Source: an uncultured Acidobacteriota bacterium (lineage in GTDB: Bacteria; Acidobacteriota; Thermoanaerobaculia; Multivoradales; DATKCC01). From it: 64,000 bases of DNA. This document shows, in pieces, positions 19,385-28,887 of the stretch. The stretch's first letter is position 1, and each line of letters starts with the position of its first letter. The translations under genes were made by a program, and so were the position numbers. The DNA lies in contig CAWJLS010000002.1 in the NCBI GenBank assembly GCA_963843755.1, positions 193,279 through 257,278 on the forward strand, written 5' to 3'. The notes under the pieces were generated by a model. It was not told the origin of the DNA and did not search any database. It saw nothing but the letters and a program-made list of their open reading frames with translations.

Positions 19385-19685
19385 CCCGTCTCCACCCGCT
19401 CAACAGGAACTCCCAGAAAGCTCGCCGGCGTCCGAGGCGGGGTGCGAGCTCCTCCCAGCGCCGCTCGACCTCCTCCGGTGTCGTGAACATCCACACCTCC
19501 GTGTCCCGTGCTTCCCGGAGGATCTTGGCGAGCAGGCGCGTGCGTTCCGCCTGGGACCCGGCCTCCAGCCGGCGGCGCAGCTCAGCCACCGTCATCGGCT
19601 CGTCCCAGAGGAAATACGGGACGGAGTCGGGATCTGTCAGATCGGAAGAGAGCGGACGGCTCTCGGTGGGCGCAGCTCCTCGCAT
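19365..19685 (-). CDS. Hypothetical protein
   Basis: ATG 19685 within ORF 19365..19736. Balanced composition (PYFLWDEPMTVAELRRRLEAGSQAERTRLLAKILREARDTEVWMF...). Family not recognised. Confidence 0.5.
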   Translation of the reverse strand: MRGAAPTESRPLSSDLTDPDSVPYFLWDEPMTVAELRRRLEAGSQAERTRLLAKILREARDTEVWMFTTPEEVERRWEELAPRLGRRRAFWEFLLSGWRRDGLLAK

Positions 19686-19796
19686 CGTGGACCGCAGTAC
19701 AGCGGTCGGTTTTCGCTGGGTTGCGTGGGAGCCCAACGCCAGGAGCCGGGCGCGAAGCCCTGCCAGCGAGGAAGCGGAGCAGGGGATCGCGGAGAT

Positions 19797-20124
19797 TCAG
19801 GGGAGCCGCTGTTCGAGCCGCTCCCGCAGGCCCTCGGCGGGGAAGCGCGCCTTGTACCGCTCCCGGACCGCCTCGGCCACACGGTGTCGCCGTTCGAGGT
19901 AGTCCTCGATCTCCTCTCGGTGCCGGAGAGAGTAGGCGATGGCGGCGTAGACGTCGGCGAGCTGAAGGGCGGAGTAGTCCTGGGCGATCTGCTCGGGGGT
20001 CGAGCCGTGTCTGGACGCCGTCAGAACCGTATCCAGTGTGTGTGACCCGAGTCCCGCCGACGTGGATGACGCCGTCAGCGTCTTCGCTCAGGGGGATGGG
20101 CTCGGTTCTTGTCAGCGGTGCCAT
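19797..20124 (-). pseudogene. DUF433 protein, frameshifted at an (AC)n run
   Basis: Frame A reads MAPLTRTEPIPLSEDADGVIHVGGTRVT and then becomes Arg/Pro nonsense. The +1 frame continues HTLDTVLTASRHGSTPEQIAQDYSALQLADVYAAIAYSLRHREEIEDYLERR... to the stop at 19797. The switch is at the GTGTGTGTG run, 20046..20054. Confidence 0.6.
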
Positions 20125-20253
20125 GCGGTTCTCCTCGACGAGCGTCTATCGATTGCAGCCGGCGCGGGCTTGACGAAAGCGGGCCCGGGGGCCGAGCGAC
20201 ACCATGGTGACGGAACTGTCCGCTACCGGGTGGCTGGAGCCGCCTGCTGGCTT

Positions 20254-20817
20254 CTACTGGTCGTCGAAGATCTTGGCCACCGGCAGCCGGAAGCCTGGGA
20301 GGACCGGCGCGCCGTCGAGGACATCGTCCTCCGACAGGTGACGGGGTTCGCCGTTGGGCCGGTGAACCGTCACCGTCCGCGTGCGCGGATCGATCACCCA
20401 GACCGCCCGGCCGCCGGCCCCGAAGTACTCCAGCACCTTCTCCTCGATCTCGCGCGCCGCGTTGCTCGGCGAAAGGACCTCCACCGCCAAGTCCGGTGCG
20501 CCTTCGAGGTACGGGCCGCGACGCCGTGCACGCTCGAGCCGCTCCGCCGAGACGAAGGCTGCGTCCGGCCCACGCACCGTGTCCGGGTCACTCTCCAGGA
20601 CGAAGCCGGTCTCCGTGTAGACCTTCCCCAGTCGCCGACCGTGGACGAAGGCGAAGAGAAGGGCGACGAGGACGGTGGTGACCCCTCCGTGGACCTCTCC
20701 CGGTGGCGGCTCGCGGACCATCTCGCCACGGACGAGCTCGATCCGGTCGTCGTCGTCCGGCAGGAAGGGCAGATCCTCGGCACGGAGACGGGGAGAAAGG
20801 AGTGCTGTTTCGGGCAT
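20254..20817 (-). CDS. Uma2-family (DUF820) endonuclease
   Basis: ATG 20817 (MPETALLSP). ELVRGEMV..., PDAAFV and PDLAVEVLSPSN form the restriction-endonuclease-like motif pattern of Uma2. Confidence 0.8.
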   Translation of the reverse strand: MPETALLSPRLRAEDLPFLPDDDDRIELVRGEMVREPPPGEVHGGVTTVLVALLFAFVHGRRLGKVYTETGFVLESDPDTVRGPDAAFVSAERLERARRRGPYLEGAPDLAVEVLSPSNAAREIEEKVLEYFGAGGRAVWVIDPRTRTVTVHRPNGEPRHLSEDDVLDGAPVLPGFRLPVAKIFDDQ

Positions 20818-20856
20818 TTGTATCCTCAGTCGATGACTATAGCGCATTCCCCTGCT

Positions 20857-21304
20857 GGCGCTTCCGGAGAGTCAACGCCCCATCCGCCCGCTCCGCGACC
20901 TCACCCACCGGTCCGGTGAGCGCCGAGATCAGCGCACACGGCCCCCGGGGCTTCGTCTTCCGCCGCGGGCTCATCGGGTCACCTCCCCGGAACCGGCCGC
21001 CAGCTCGGAGAGAATTCTCCCCACCCGCGCCAACGTCTCATCCCCCACGGACAGCAGGTAATGAGCCAGCGCCAGCGGCCGCACCCGCAGCCCATCCAGC
21101 ACCGTCAGCACAGCCGGCAGATCCTCGTTCCAGCCGAGGACCGTGCCGACGTCGACATGTCCATTTCCCCATCCGGAGACCAGGAGGTACAGATCCTCCT
21201 CCGCATCCAGATCCTCCACCAGCGCGAACCGCGGCGCCCGCCCGGTCAACGGCAACGCCGCAGCGGTCAGGTAGGCGAGATCCGGGTCGGCCAGACACGC
21301 CCGC
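20857..21304. repeat. 448-bp direct repeat, copy 1 (truncated symE-like 5' end plus 3' part of the 195-aa gene)
   Basis: Collinear with 24120..24567 with no indels and about 17 substitutions by eye. Contains ORF 20971..21255, whose 94 aa match the C-terminus of the 24234..24821 protein. Confidence 0.85.
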
Positions 21305-21453
21305 CTACAGCATGAACAGGCTTGAGAGGGAGGTTCTCTGGTGTCACGCCTTCAAGGTGTCCCGCAGATCGGTCCACTCCATCGGAAATTCGAGGACGTC
21401 GTCCGTCTACTAGTGAGAGCCGCTTTACGAACTTACTGACGAGGTGCCGGAGA

Positions 21454-22788
21454 ATGAACCGAAAATTGTCGAGGTATCTGCCGCTCGTGCTGCTGCTTGT
21501 TTGGACCCTACATATCTCGGAGGCCGCCATGGCTCAAGACCCCCCGCCCGCCGAAGATGACTCCACGGTGATCAATCCCGAGCTGAAGAACCTCCAGGAT
21601 GAAGTCGATCGGCTCTCCCTCGAGCAGAAGAAAGCCGAGGCTCTCAAGGCGATTGCCGAGGCAAACAAGGCTGCGGTTGCGGCCAGTCTCCCGGCGACAG
21701 AGACGAAGGGCAAAACCGGCTCGGTGACGGTTGATGACAAGGCTGGCTACTTCGCCGAGTTGATGGCCTACAGCACCTTGTCGGACAGCGCCTGCAGTAT
21801 CGATGAGATGTTGCAGAAGGAAGTCAAGGGCAAGACCGTGGTCGTGACCGCTCAGGTCGATCTTTCCCAGCAGGCTGCGCTTTGGGAGTTGGTTCATCTC
21901 AAGCTCGGCCGGTTCCAGGACGACTTCGACTACCTCATCTCCCAGTTCGACAAACAGGGGGAACCCGTGAAAAAGGAGTTTCAACCGGAGAGTGTGGGTG
22001 CTGCCGCAATTACGCTGACGTCACTCTTGGGGGCGGCTTCGGACATAGCCGCGTTCTTTCGGGTGGATCGAGAGCTGAAGGGTCGAGATGTGACTCTCTC
22101 GGAACGTGCGCTCGTGGCAGACGTCGCCGGGCAGCTCGAGGCTGAAGAGGTTCTCGTGCCCGACCTAGCCGTAGCCGGGGACAGACCTCTGGTCCACCAG
22201 ATCGAAAGAGCGCAAGAAAGGAAGGCTGAAATCGCAGTCCGCCTCGATGCGATCAGCACTCGGCTTGCCGCGACAGAGGTGGACCGGGAACAGAAGAAGA
22301 CTGAGTGGGAGAAGCTCAAGAAAGAGAAGGCCTCCGCGGACCAGGTCGCTCAGGCCAAGAAAGCATTCGAAGCTGCTGGGGGCACGGTCGAGAAGTTGAA
22401 GCGCCGGGAGACCCGTTTCGAGACGGTGATAACCGCTTTCGACAGCTTCATGAACGCGCTTGGTACAGCTCCGGCCGCGGGAGGGAAGTCTCCGCTGGAG
22501 ATGGTTGCGGCCGTCGATCTGGTTCGAGGAAATGAGAACGCTCTGCTGTTGTATCTGGACATTGCCAGCCAGGGTGCGGAGCTCCATATCAGCAAGAGCG
22601 CCTGGCGATCCGGCCGAGTGTCGTACATCGGGGGGAGCGTGGCTGTGTTCTTCCTGGTCGACCAGAAGGGGCTTGTGAAGATGGCAGGCTCGATGCCGCG
22701 AAGCGCGACCTCCTCCTTCGAAGGTCGGGAAGGTAGTCAGAAGTTGCCGGAGATTGGATGGAAACCCCTATGTAACCCTTCAGACTAA
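21454..22788 (+). CDS. Secreted coiled-coil protein, hypothetical
   Basis: ATG 21454 after GGAGA. Signal peptide MNRKLSRYLPLVLLLVWTLHISEAAMA. K/E/A-rich coiled-coil stretches. G+C visibly lower than in the flanks. Confidence 0.7.
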   Translation: MNRKLSRYLPLVLLLVWTLHISEAAMAQDPPPAEDDSTVINPELKNLQDEVDRLSLEQKKAEALKAIAEANKAAVAASLPATETKGKTGSVTVDDKAGYFAELMAYSTLSDSACSIDEMLQKEVKGKTVVVTAQVDLSQQAALWELVHLKLGRFQDDFDYLISQFDKQGEPVKKEFQPESVGAAAITLTSLLGAASDIAAFFRVDRELKGRDVTLSERALVADVAGQLEAEEVLVPDLAVAGDRPLVHQIERAQERKAEIAVRLDAISTRLAATEVDREQKKTEWEKLKKEKASADQVAQAKKAFEAAGGTVEKLKRRETRFETVITAFDSFMNALGTAPAAGGKSPLEMVAAVDLVRGNENALLLYLDIASQGAELHISKSAWRSGRVSYIGGSVAVFFLVDQKGLVKMAGSMPRSATSSFEGREGSQKLPEIGWKPLCNPSD

Positions 22789-22820
22789 TCCAAAACGCCA
22801 ACAGAATCTGAGGGAGAACC

Positions 22821-23783
22821 GTGAGCACACTGAGACGCTTCGAGGCAGAACTCAACCGGGAGCTGCGGGAGCGCGCCCATAGCCGGGATCTGCCGGAACT
22901 CCTCTTCGAGGCAGCAGGGCTGGAGGGGGAGGAGCTCGACGCTTCGATTCTACGGATCATCGACCTTGCCAACGATCCGGCCGTCGAGCTTCGCGGCGAG
23001 GACTTCCGCGTCGAGCGCATCGTCCGCGAGTTCCGGCGACCTACGCTCCTCGTGCGCGATGGATCGTTCGAGTCCGTCCTCAGTGAGGTTTGGACCAACA
23101 CCCTGGAGATGCACCGGGCCGCGATCGAGGCTTCGCTTCCCGCGGTCGGGCGCATTGAGGTGAAGAACCACTCGAGATTCGCGTGGCTTGGGACCGGCTT
23201 TCTCATCGACTGTGACGTGCTCGTGACCAATCGACACGTCGCGGCGGAGTTCGCCCGTCGTGATGGAAACGGCTTTTCCTGGAAGCGGAACGATCGAGGG
23301 AAGCTCATCCACCCGAGGATCGACTTCCGTGAGGAGTATCAAGTCCCTGACGAGGAGGAATTCGAGATCGTCGATGTCCTTTTCCTGGCGCCGGAGGGCG
23401 GTCCTGATGTGGCACTCCTGCGGGTGGACGCGTCTGACCTTTCGACCACGCCGCTCAGCTTGCAGGACGACCTGAGCAGCGTCGACTTTGTGGGAGCAGT
23501 CGGCTACCCGTGGCGGGACTCCAGGGTCGAGCCTCACCTCGCTGACGCCATGGAGCGCTATTTCAAGGGCATCTTCGATGTCAAGCGATTCGCCCCCGGC
23601 AAGCTCGTGCCAGTAGACGGCGGAGACGTGGGCCATGACTGCACGACCCTGGGGGGGAGCTCCGGCTCGGCTGTGCTCGATCTCGCGACTGGCGGAGTTG
23701 TGGCTCTCCACTACGGTGGCTACAAGGACTACAACGTTGGGATTCCGGCGACTGTTCTCCGGGAGGCTGTGGGTTCGCTTTAG
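22821..23783 (+). CDS. Trypsin-like (S1/Trypsin_2) serine protease with N-terminal helical extension and no signal peptide
   Basis: Catalytic triad context: VLVTNRHVA (His), PDVALLRV (Asp), TLGGSSGSAVL (Ser). The RPTLLVRDGSF pre-domain is typical of conflict-system proteases. Confidence 0.8.
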   Translation: MSTLRRFEAELNRELRERAHSRDLPELLFEAAGLEGEELDASILRIIDLANDPAVELRGEDFRVERIVREFRRPTLLVRDGSFESVLSEVWTNTLEMHRAAIEASLPAVGRIEVKNHSRFAWLGTGFLIDCDVLVTNRHVAAEFARRDGNGFSWKRNDRGKLIHPRIDFREEYQVPDEEEFEIVDVLFLAPEGGPDVALLRVDASDLSTTPLSLQDDLSSVDFVGAVGYPWRDSRVEPHLADAMERYFKGIFDVKRFAPGKLVPVDGGDVGHDCTTLGGSSGSAVLDLATGGVVALHYGGYKDYNVGIPATVLREAVGSL

Positions 23784-23922
23784 ACCGTGGAGCGCGGCGC
23801 TGGCCGGTTCGACGCAAACGTCCGGGCGGTTGCGATCGATACCATGGCGAGGGACGCCGCCGCCATCACAGAGAAGACCCGAGCGGGAGCCACGCCCCCG
23901 CCCGGATCTTCGAGAGGGTCGC

Positions 23923-24237
23923 CTACAACGCCCGGATTACCAGCTCCCCGTCCTCCACCTCCACGGAGTAGCGCTGGCCGATCGGAAAGCCGCTCTCCTG
24001 GAGCCAGTTGCCTGACAGCCGGATCATGGGCAACACCTTCCCCCGCTCCGCCCCCTGCCCCGGCCGGTAGAGGGGGTGGATCCGCGCCAGCCGCCGCCCC
24101 TCCCGGTCGAACCGCGGCCGGCGCTTCCGGAGAGCCAACGCCCCGTCCGCCCGCTCCGCGACCTCACCCACCGGCCTGGTGAGCGCCGAGATCAGCGCAC
24201 ACGGCCCCCGGGGCTTCGTCTTCCGCCGCGGGCTCAT
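23923..24237 (-). CDS. SymE-family (AbrB-fold) toxin-like protein
   Basis: C-terminus MIRLSGNWLQESGFPIGQRYSVEVEDGELVIRAL matches the SymE/SpoVT-AbrB pattern. Basic N-terminus. ATGA overlap with the upstream gene. Confidence 0.7.
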   Translation of the reverse strand: MSPRRKTKPRGPCALISALTRPVGEVAERADGALALRKRRPRFDREGRRLARIHPLYRPGQGAERGKVLPMIRLSGNWLQESGFPIGQRYSVEVEDGELVIRAL

Positions 24238-24567
24238 CGGGTCACCTCCCCGGAACCGGCCGCCAGCTCGGAGAGAATCCTCCCCACCCGCGCCAACGTC
24301 TCATCCCCCACGGACAGCAGGAAATGAGCCAGCGCCAGCGGCCGCACCCGCAGCCCATCCAGCACCGTCAACACCTCTGGCAGATCCTCGTTCCAGCCGA
24401 GGACCGTGCCGACGTCGACATGTCCATTTCCCCATCCGGAGACCAGGAGGTACAGATCCTCCTCCGCATCCAGATCCTCCACCAGCGCGAACCGCGGAGC
24501 CCGGCCGGTCAAGGGCAACGCCGCCGCGGTCAGGTAGGCGAGATCGGGCTCGGCCAGGCACGCCCGC
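24120..24567. repeat. 448-bp direct repeat, copy 2 (inside the intact gene pair)
   Basis: See copy 1 at 20857..21304. Confidence 0.85.
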
Positions 24568-24821
24568 GGTGCCGACTCCCCGGCGCAGAGACACCTCCAG
24601 GGAAACGGCGGCGCCTCGCGTCGGCGGGACGGAGGGACGATCTCCGCTGGATGGACGGAGAAGGGCCCCGCGCTCGCAGCCTCCGGCGTGGCCGGATGGT
24701 CGTGCTTCCTGCGGAGTTGGTCGAGGAACTCGGGGGAGAAGGCGTTGGTGAGAGAAGGGCGGTCGGGACCGCCGGGAGGGGTGTTCGGGGTCTTGCTACA
24801 CTGATCGTCAGATCGGCGCAT
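24234..24821 (-). CDS. Hypothetical protein coupled to the SymE-like gene
   Basis: ATG 24821 lies 8 nt after AAGGAG, within ORF 24234..24866. C-terminal domain LVEDLDAEEDLYLLVSGWGNGHVDVGTVLGWNEDLP...; family unknown. Confidence 0.55.
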   Translation of the reverse strand: MRRSDDQCSKTPNTPPGGPDRPSLTNAFSPEFLDQLRRKHDHPATPEAASAGPFSVHPAEIVPPSRRREAPPFPWRCLCAGESAPRACLAEPDLAYLTAAALPLTGRAPRFALVEDLDAEEDLYLLVSGWGNGHVDVGTVLGWNEDLPEVLTVLDGLRVRPLALAHFLLSVGDETLARVGRILSELAAGSGEVTR

Positions 24822-25116
24822 TGGCTGTGCTCCTTTGCGTCGGTTCAGGGCGCGGCAGAGGGTCACAGCTCTGTCGCGTCCGTTTGAGGGTTCATGTGTT
24901 TGCTGCGTCGTCCACGGCCTGTGCGGCCTTGCGTCGTGGTTGCCGGGCGCCTCCTCTCGGTGTCGCGAGTGGTGGGTTACTGTGTCTCGTTGCGCCTAGT
25001 TTACGCGTTTCTGTGTGGCGCCGTCAAGATTACGCTTAGTTGCGACGACGCCCGCTGGTGATTAGGGTATCGGGCTCCAAGGTGGCCGTTTCAGTCCAGA
25101 TCGAGAAGCACGACCG

Positions 25117-26475
25117 ATGGATCGTTCTACCTTCGAACCTCGCGAGTTGGTCTTTCTCTGTGGCGCCGGTGTCTCTCTCGATCCGCCGTCGGGCTTTCCT
25201 ATTGCGGCCACGATCATCGAGGATCTCGTTCGCGAGATCGCACCGAACCCCGCTGCACACGACCACCTCCTCCGGCTCTGCGATCCCGGGCGCGAAGACA
25301 AGCGTTCGCCCGGTGACTATCTTCGTTTCGAGATGCTGCTTGACATCTTGAGCGACTGGGTCGATCCCGAGCTTCGAATCCTGGACTTCATTCACGAATT
25401 TGAAACGCCGAACGATCTCCATCTGTCGATCGCGTCGTTGGCGCTTGAGGGTGCGACTGTTGTCACGACGAACTTCGATTCGCTGTTCGAGTTGGCGCTC
25501 CTAGGGTCGGGCGCCCAACCCATGACGCTCTGTACTGACGAGCACTTCAACAAGTGGCGAGAGCTTGCTTCCAGGGACCGCGTACCGATCTTTAAGATTC
25601 ATGGGTCGTTCTGTCGTCATGACGGCCACTCCTGCGAGCCGGCCAAAGACTCGATTGAAGCGACCCTTAGTCAGATCTCTAGGGGTGTGACCGGACTCGT
25701 GCTGACTAAGCCCAAGGCCTCGTTTCTGGAACACGTTCTTGCCGGTCGGCATCTCGTCGTCGTCGGCTACTCGGGGAGTGACGACCTCGATTTGATGCCG
25801 ACGCTTCTTCAGATGAAGTCGGTTTCCTTCACGTGGATCCAGCACGAAGAAGGCGAGCTTCGGGAGGTGAGTGAAGACGTGCTCACCCAAGCCCGGTCCA
25901 CTCCCAAGGTATCCCGGAATGCGCGCTACAGCTTCTTCCTTCGCCATCTGAGCCGAGGGCCTTCAGGATGCGTCGTGGCGGGTCCGACGCGCCGGATCCT
26001 ACGCGAATGGTTTGATGTTCCGGTCCCAGAACGGACCGAAGGCTCTGGCGGATTCTCGTTCCGCACATACGCCAAAGACTGGGGCGGCGAGACGCTTCGG
26101 CCGGTTGACCGGAGGCTTCTTCTCGCCGAGATCTACTTTCGCCTTTCCCGCTTCACCGAGGCTCTCCACCACCTAAATGGTGTTTTGGCGAGGGACAAGG
26201 AGGAACTGGGCGACGAACTGGCTCGCATCCTGTCCACGTATAGCAACGCCTTGGTCCAAGGCGGTCGCTTCGCGGAAGGACTAGAGGCGGCGAAGCGCAG
26301 TGTAGATTGCTTGTCGCCCGGAGCGTCGTCTAGAACGCGGATTCGCACTCGGCGACAACTGGCCTTCAGCTTGTTCCGAAGCGGCGAGCACGCTGAGGCC
26401 CTGCCGGTGTACGAGGACTGTCTGAGGCTGGCGCTCGACGAAGGTCTGGCAGACGAAGCAGGTGACGCGGCGTGA
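25117..26475 (+). pseudogene. SIR2-like (SIR2_2) NADase-type domain plus TPR protein, N-terminal part; interrupted by a transposon
   Basis: VFLCGAGVSLDPPSGFP, VVTTNFDSLFE, IFKIHGSF and VVVGYSGSDDLD, then TPR-like repeats. The stop TGA (26473-26475) is the first 3 nt of the inserted element. Confidence 0.8.
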
Positions 26476-26715
26476 GCCTGATCACGATAGGCGGTGGTTC
26501 GGCGCCCCAATCTGATCAGATTGGGTGAGGGAGGGGGACAGTGGTCCCTTGAAGACCGTGATCAGGTCGTTGTTTGCTCGGCATCCTCCGCGCCCGGAGG
26601 GCGCGCGGGGTGGGAGGGGGCTGTGGATGGGGTGAAGGATGCCCCCCAGGGGGTTGACGTGCCCCCCGGAGGGCGTGTCTTCTTTCGGTGTCAAGCCAGA
26701 AAGGAGACCCCTTCC

Positions 26716-27300
26716 TTGTACCAGAGCCTGCTCGCCGACACCAGGTTTTTCTCGCTTCTTCTTCGCATCGACCGGGACCTGGCGCAGCAGGCCCATGCCG
26801 GCGGTTGCCCTTGGTGCGGCGGTGCACTGCACCGGGCGAGCTACCGGCGCAAGCCACGGGGCGGGGCGGGCCGGTTGGGCCCGGAGCACGCCGAGCGCTT
26901 CAGCTTCTGCTGCTCGGTGGAGGGGTGCCGGCGGCGGGTGACGCCGGCCTCGGTGCGGTTCCTCGGACGCAAGGTCTTCTTCGCCACTGTGGTGCTGCTG
27001 GTGCCGGTGCTGCGCGACGGTCCGAGTCCGGAGCGCCTCGGCCGGCTCGAGGAGCTTTTCGCGGTGGACCGCCGGACCTTGGGGCGCTGGCGGCTGTGGT
27101 GGCGCAGGGTCGTGCCGGCGACGCCCTTCTGGAGAGCGGCGCGCGGCCGGTTTCGCCGTCCGCTGGGGGAGGACGCCCTGCCAGGCAGCCTCTTGGCGGT
27201 GTTTCGGGGGGAGCGAGGGCTCGGGGCGCAGGTGCTCTCGGCCCTGGCATGGCTGGCGCCGCTGAGCGTGGGAACGGCGCTCGCCGGGAGCGCTTGGTGA
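26716..27300 (+). CDS. Transposon-encoded Cys-rich (zinc-finger-like) protein
   Basis: TTG 26716 lies 9 nt after AAGGAG, within ORF 26494..27300. Contains CPWCGG...FCCSVEGC. Confidence 0.55.
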   Translation: MYQSLLADTRFFSLLLRIDRDLAQQAHAGGCPWCGGALHRASYRRKPRGGAGRLGPEHAERFSFCCSVEGCRRRVTPASVRFLGRKVFFATVVLLVPVLRDGPSPERLGRLEELFAVDRRTLGRWRLWWRRVVPATPFWRAARGRFRRPLGEDALPGSLLAVFRGERGLGAQVLSALAWLAPLSVGTALAGSAW

Positions 27301-27405
27301 TGGGCGCGACGGACCCGCAGAAGATGCATCTCGACGGCGGCCGGGACGGCCCGTAGCGTCTCTTCGGCCGGCGAGCGACGGACGCCGCCGGGAAAGGAGA
27401 CGCAC

Positions 27406-28887
27406 ATGGGGAAGGATCGCCGCTCCGGCGGGCTCGGGCGCTGGGCCGAGCTTCGCTTCTCGATCATCGGGCCGCTCTTGGCCTCACCGCCGTCGCGCGG
27501 CGAGCTCGCCGCCGAGCTCGCCCGCCTGGCGGAAAGGGAATGGCTCCACCCGCAGAGCGGGGAGCCGGTGCGCTTCGGGGTCTCGACCCTGGAGCGCTGG
27601 TACTACACGGCCCGCAACGCGCCGGACCCGGTGGCGGTGCTCGCCCGGGAGCCGCGCAAGGACCGGGGCCGCCCACGGGCCGTCACGCCCGCCCTGGGCG
27701 CCGTGGTGCGCGAGCAATCGGGCGAGCATCCGAGCTGGAGCTACCAGCTCCATCGCGACAATCTGGCGGCGGTGCTCGCCGAGCGCCCGGAGCTGGGGCC
27801 ACTGCCCTCGTACTCGACCCTGCGCCGCTACCTCCTGGCCCAGGGCCTGATCCGCCAGCCCCGGCGGCCGGCCGGACGCCGGGGCGAGACCGAGCGCCGG
27901 GCCGGCGAGGCCCGCGAGCGGCGCGAGATGCGCAGCTTCGAGGCCGAGTACGTGAACGGGCTGTGGCACCTCGACTTCCACCACGGCTCGCGCAAGATCC
28001 CGACCCCGGCCGGCGAGTGGGTGCGGCCGCGGCTCCTCGCGGTGCTCGACGACCGCTCGCGCCTGGTCTGCCACGCCCAGTGGTACCTCGCCGAAACCGC
28101 CGAGACCCTGGTCCACGCCCTGACCCAGGCGATCTTGAAGCGCGGCCTGCCGCGGGCGCTGATGAGCGACAACGGCGGCCCGATGATCGCCGGCGAGACC
28201 CGCGAGGGCCTCGCCCGGCTGAGCATCCTCCACCACACGACGCTGCCGTACTGCCCGGCGCAAAACGGCAAGCAGGAGGTGCTGTGGGCCCAGGTCGAGG
28301 GCCGGCTCATGGCGATGCTCGAAGGCGAGCCCGACCTCTCGCTGGCGCGGCTCAACGAGGTCACCCAGGCGTGGGTGGAGATGGAGTACCAGCGCACGCG
28401 CCACTCCGAGACCGGCCAGACGCCGGTCGAACGCTGGCTCGCCGGCCCCGCGGTGCTGCGCCCGGCTCCCGACGTCGAGGAGCTCGCCCGGGCCTTCACC
28501 GTCCGCCAAGGGCGGGTCCCGAGGCGCAGCGACGGCACGGTGACCATCGCCAGCAAGCGCTTCGAGGTGCCGCAGCGCTTCGTCCACCTGCGCCGGCTCG
28601 AGCTGCGCTTCGCCTCCTGGGACCTGTCCCGGGTCTGGCTGATGGACGAGTCCGCCGGGGTCGTCCTCGCCCGCCTCTACCCGCTCGACCGTACCCGCAA
28701 CGCCGACCGGGTCCGACGGCCGGTCACCCCGCCCGACCCATCGAGCACGCCAGCGAGCCGACCGTCGAGCCAGGCTCCCGGCATCGCTCCGCTCCTGCAC
28801 CGCTACCTGGCCGACTACGCCGCCACCGGGCTGCCGCCCGCCTACCTGCCCCACCACTCTGACGACGACTCCGGAGACCCCGCATGA
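27406..28887 (+). CDS. DDE (rve) transposase/integrase, TniA/MuA-like
   Basis: WHLDFH (D), LMSDNGG (D) and PYCPAQNGKQE (E) form the DDE triad. N-terminal HTH region; Mu-transposase-like C-terminus. Confidence 0.85.
   Translation: MGKDRRSGGLGRWAELRFSIIGPLLASPPSRGELAAELARLAEREWLHPQSGEPVRFGVSTLERWYYTARNAPDPVAVLAREPRKDRGRPRAVTPALGAVVREQSGEHPSWSYQLHRDNLAAVLAERPELGPLPSYSTLRRYLLAQGLIRQPRRPAGRRGETERRAGEARERREMRSFEAEYVNGLWHLDFHHGSRKIPTPAGEWVRPRLLAVLDDRSRLVCHAQWYLAETAETLVHALTQAILKRGLPRALMSDNGGPMIAGETREGLARLSILHHTTLPYCPAQNGKQEVLWAQVEGRLMAMLEGEPDLSLARLNEVTQAWVEMEYQRTRHSETGQTPVERWLAGPAVLRPAPDVEELARAFTVRQGRVPRRSDGTVTIASKRFEVPQRFVHLRRLELRFASWDLSRVWLMDESAGVVLARLYPLDRTRNADRVRRPVTPPDPSSTPASRPSSQAPGIAPLLHRYLADYAATGLPPAYLPHHSDDDSGDPA

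Noticed and set aside
20971-21255. 94-aa ORF as an independent gene
   Set aside because: It is the C-terminal half of the 24234..24821 protein carried on the truncated repeat copy. It is called only from an internal TTG and has no SD, so it is treated as a gene fragment within the repeat.
20857-24567. Simple Campbell-type (single-crossover) integration as the origin of the 448-bp repeats
   Set aside because: In that model the 3' end of the symE-like gene should lie left of copy 1. Instead it lies left of copy 2, and copy 1 abuts the Uma2 upstream region.
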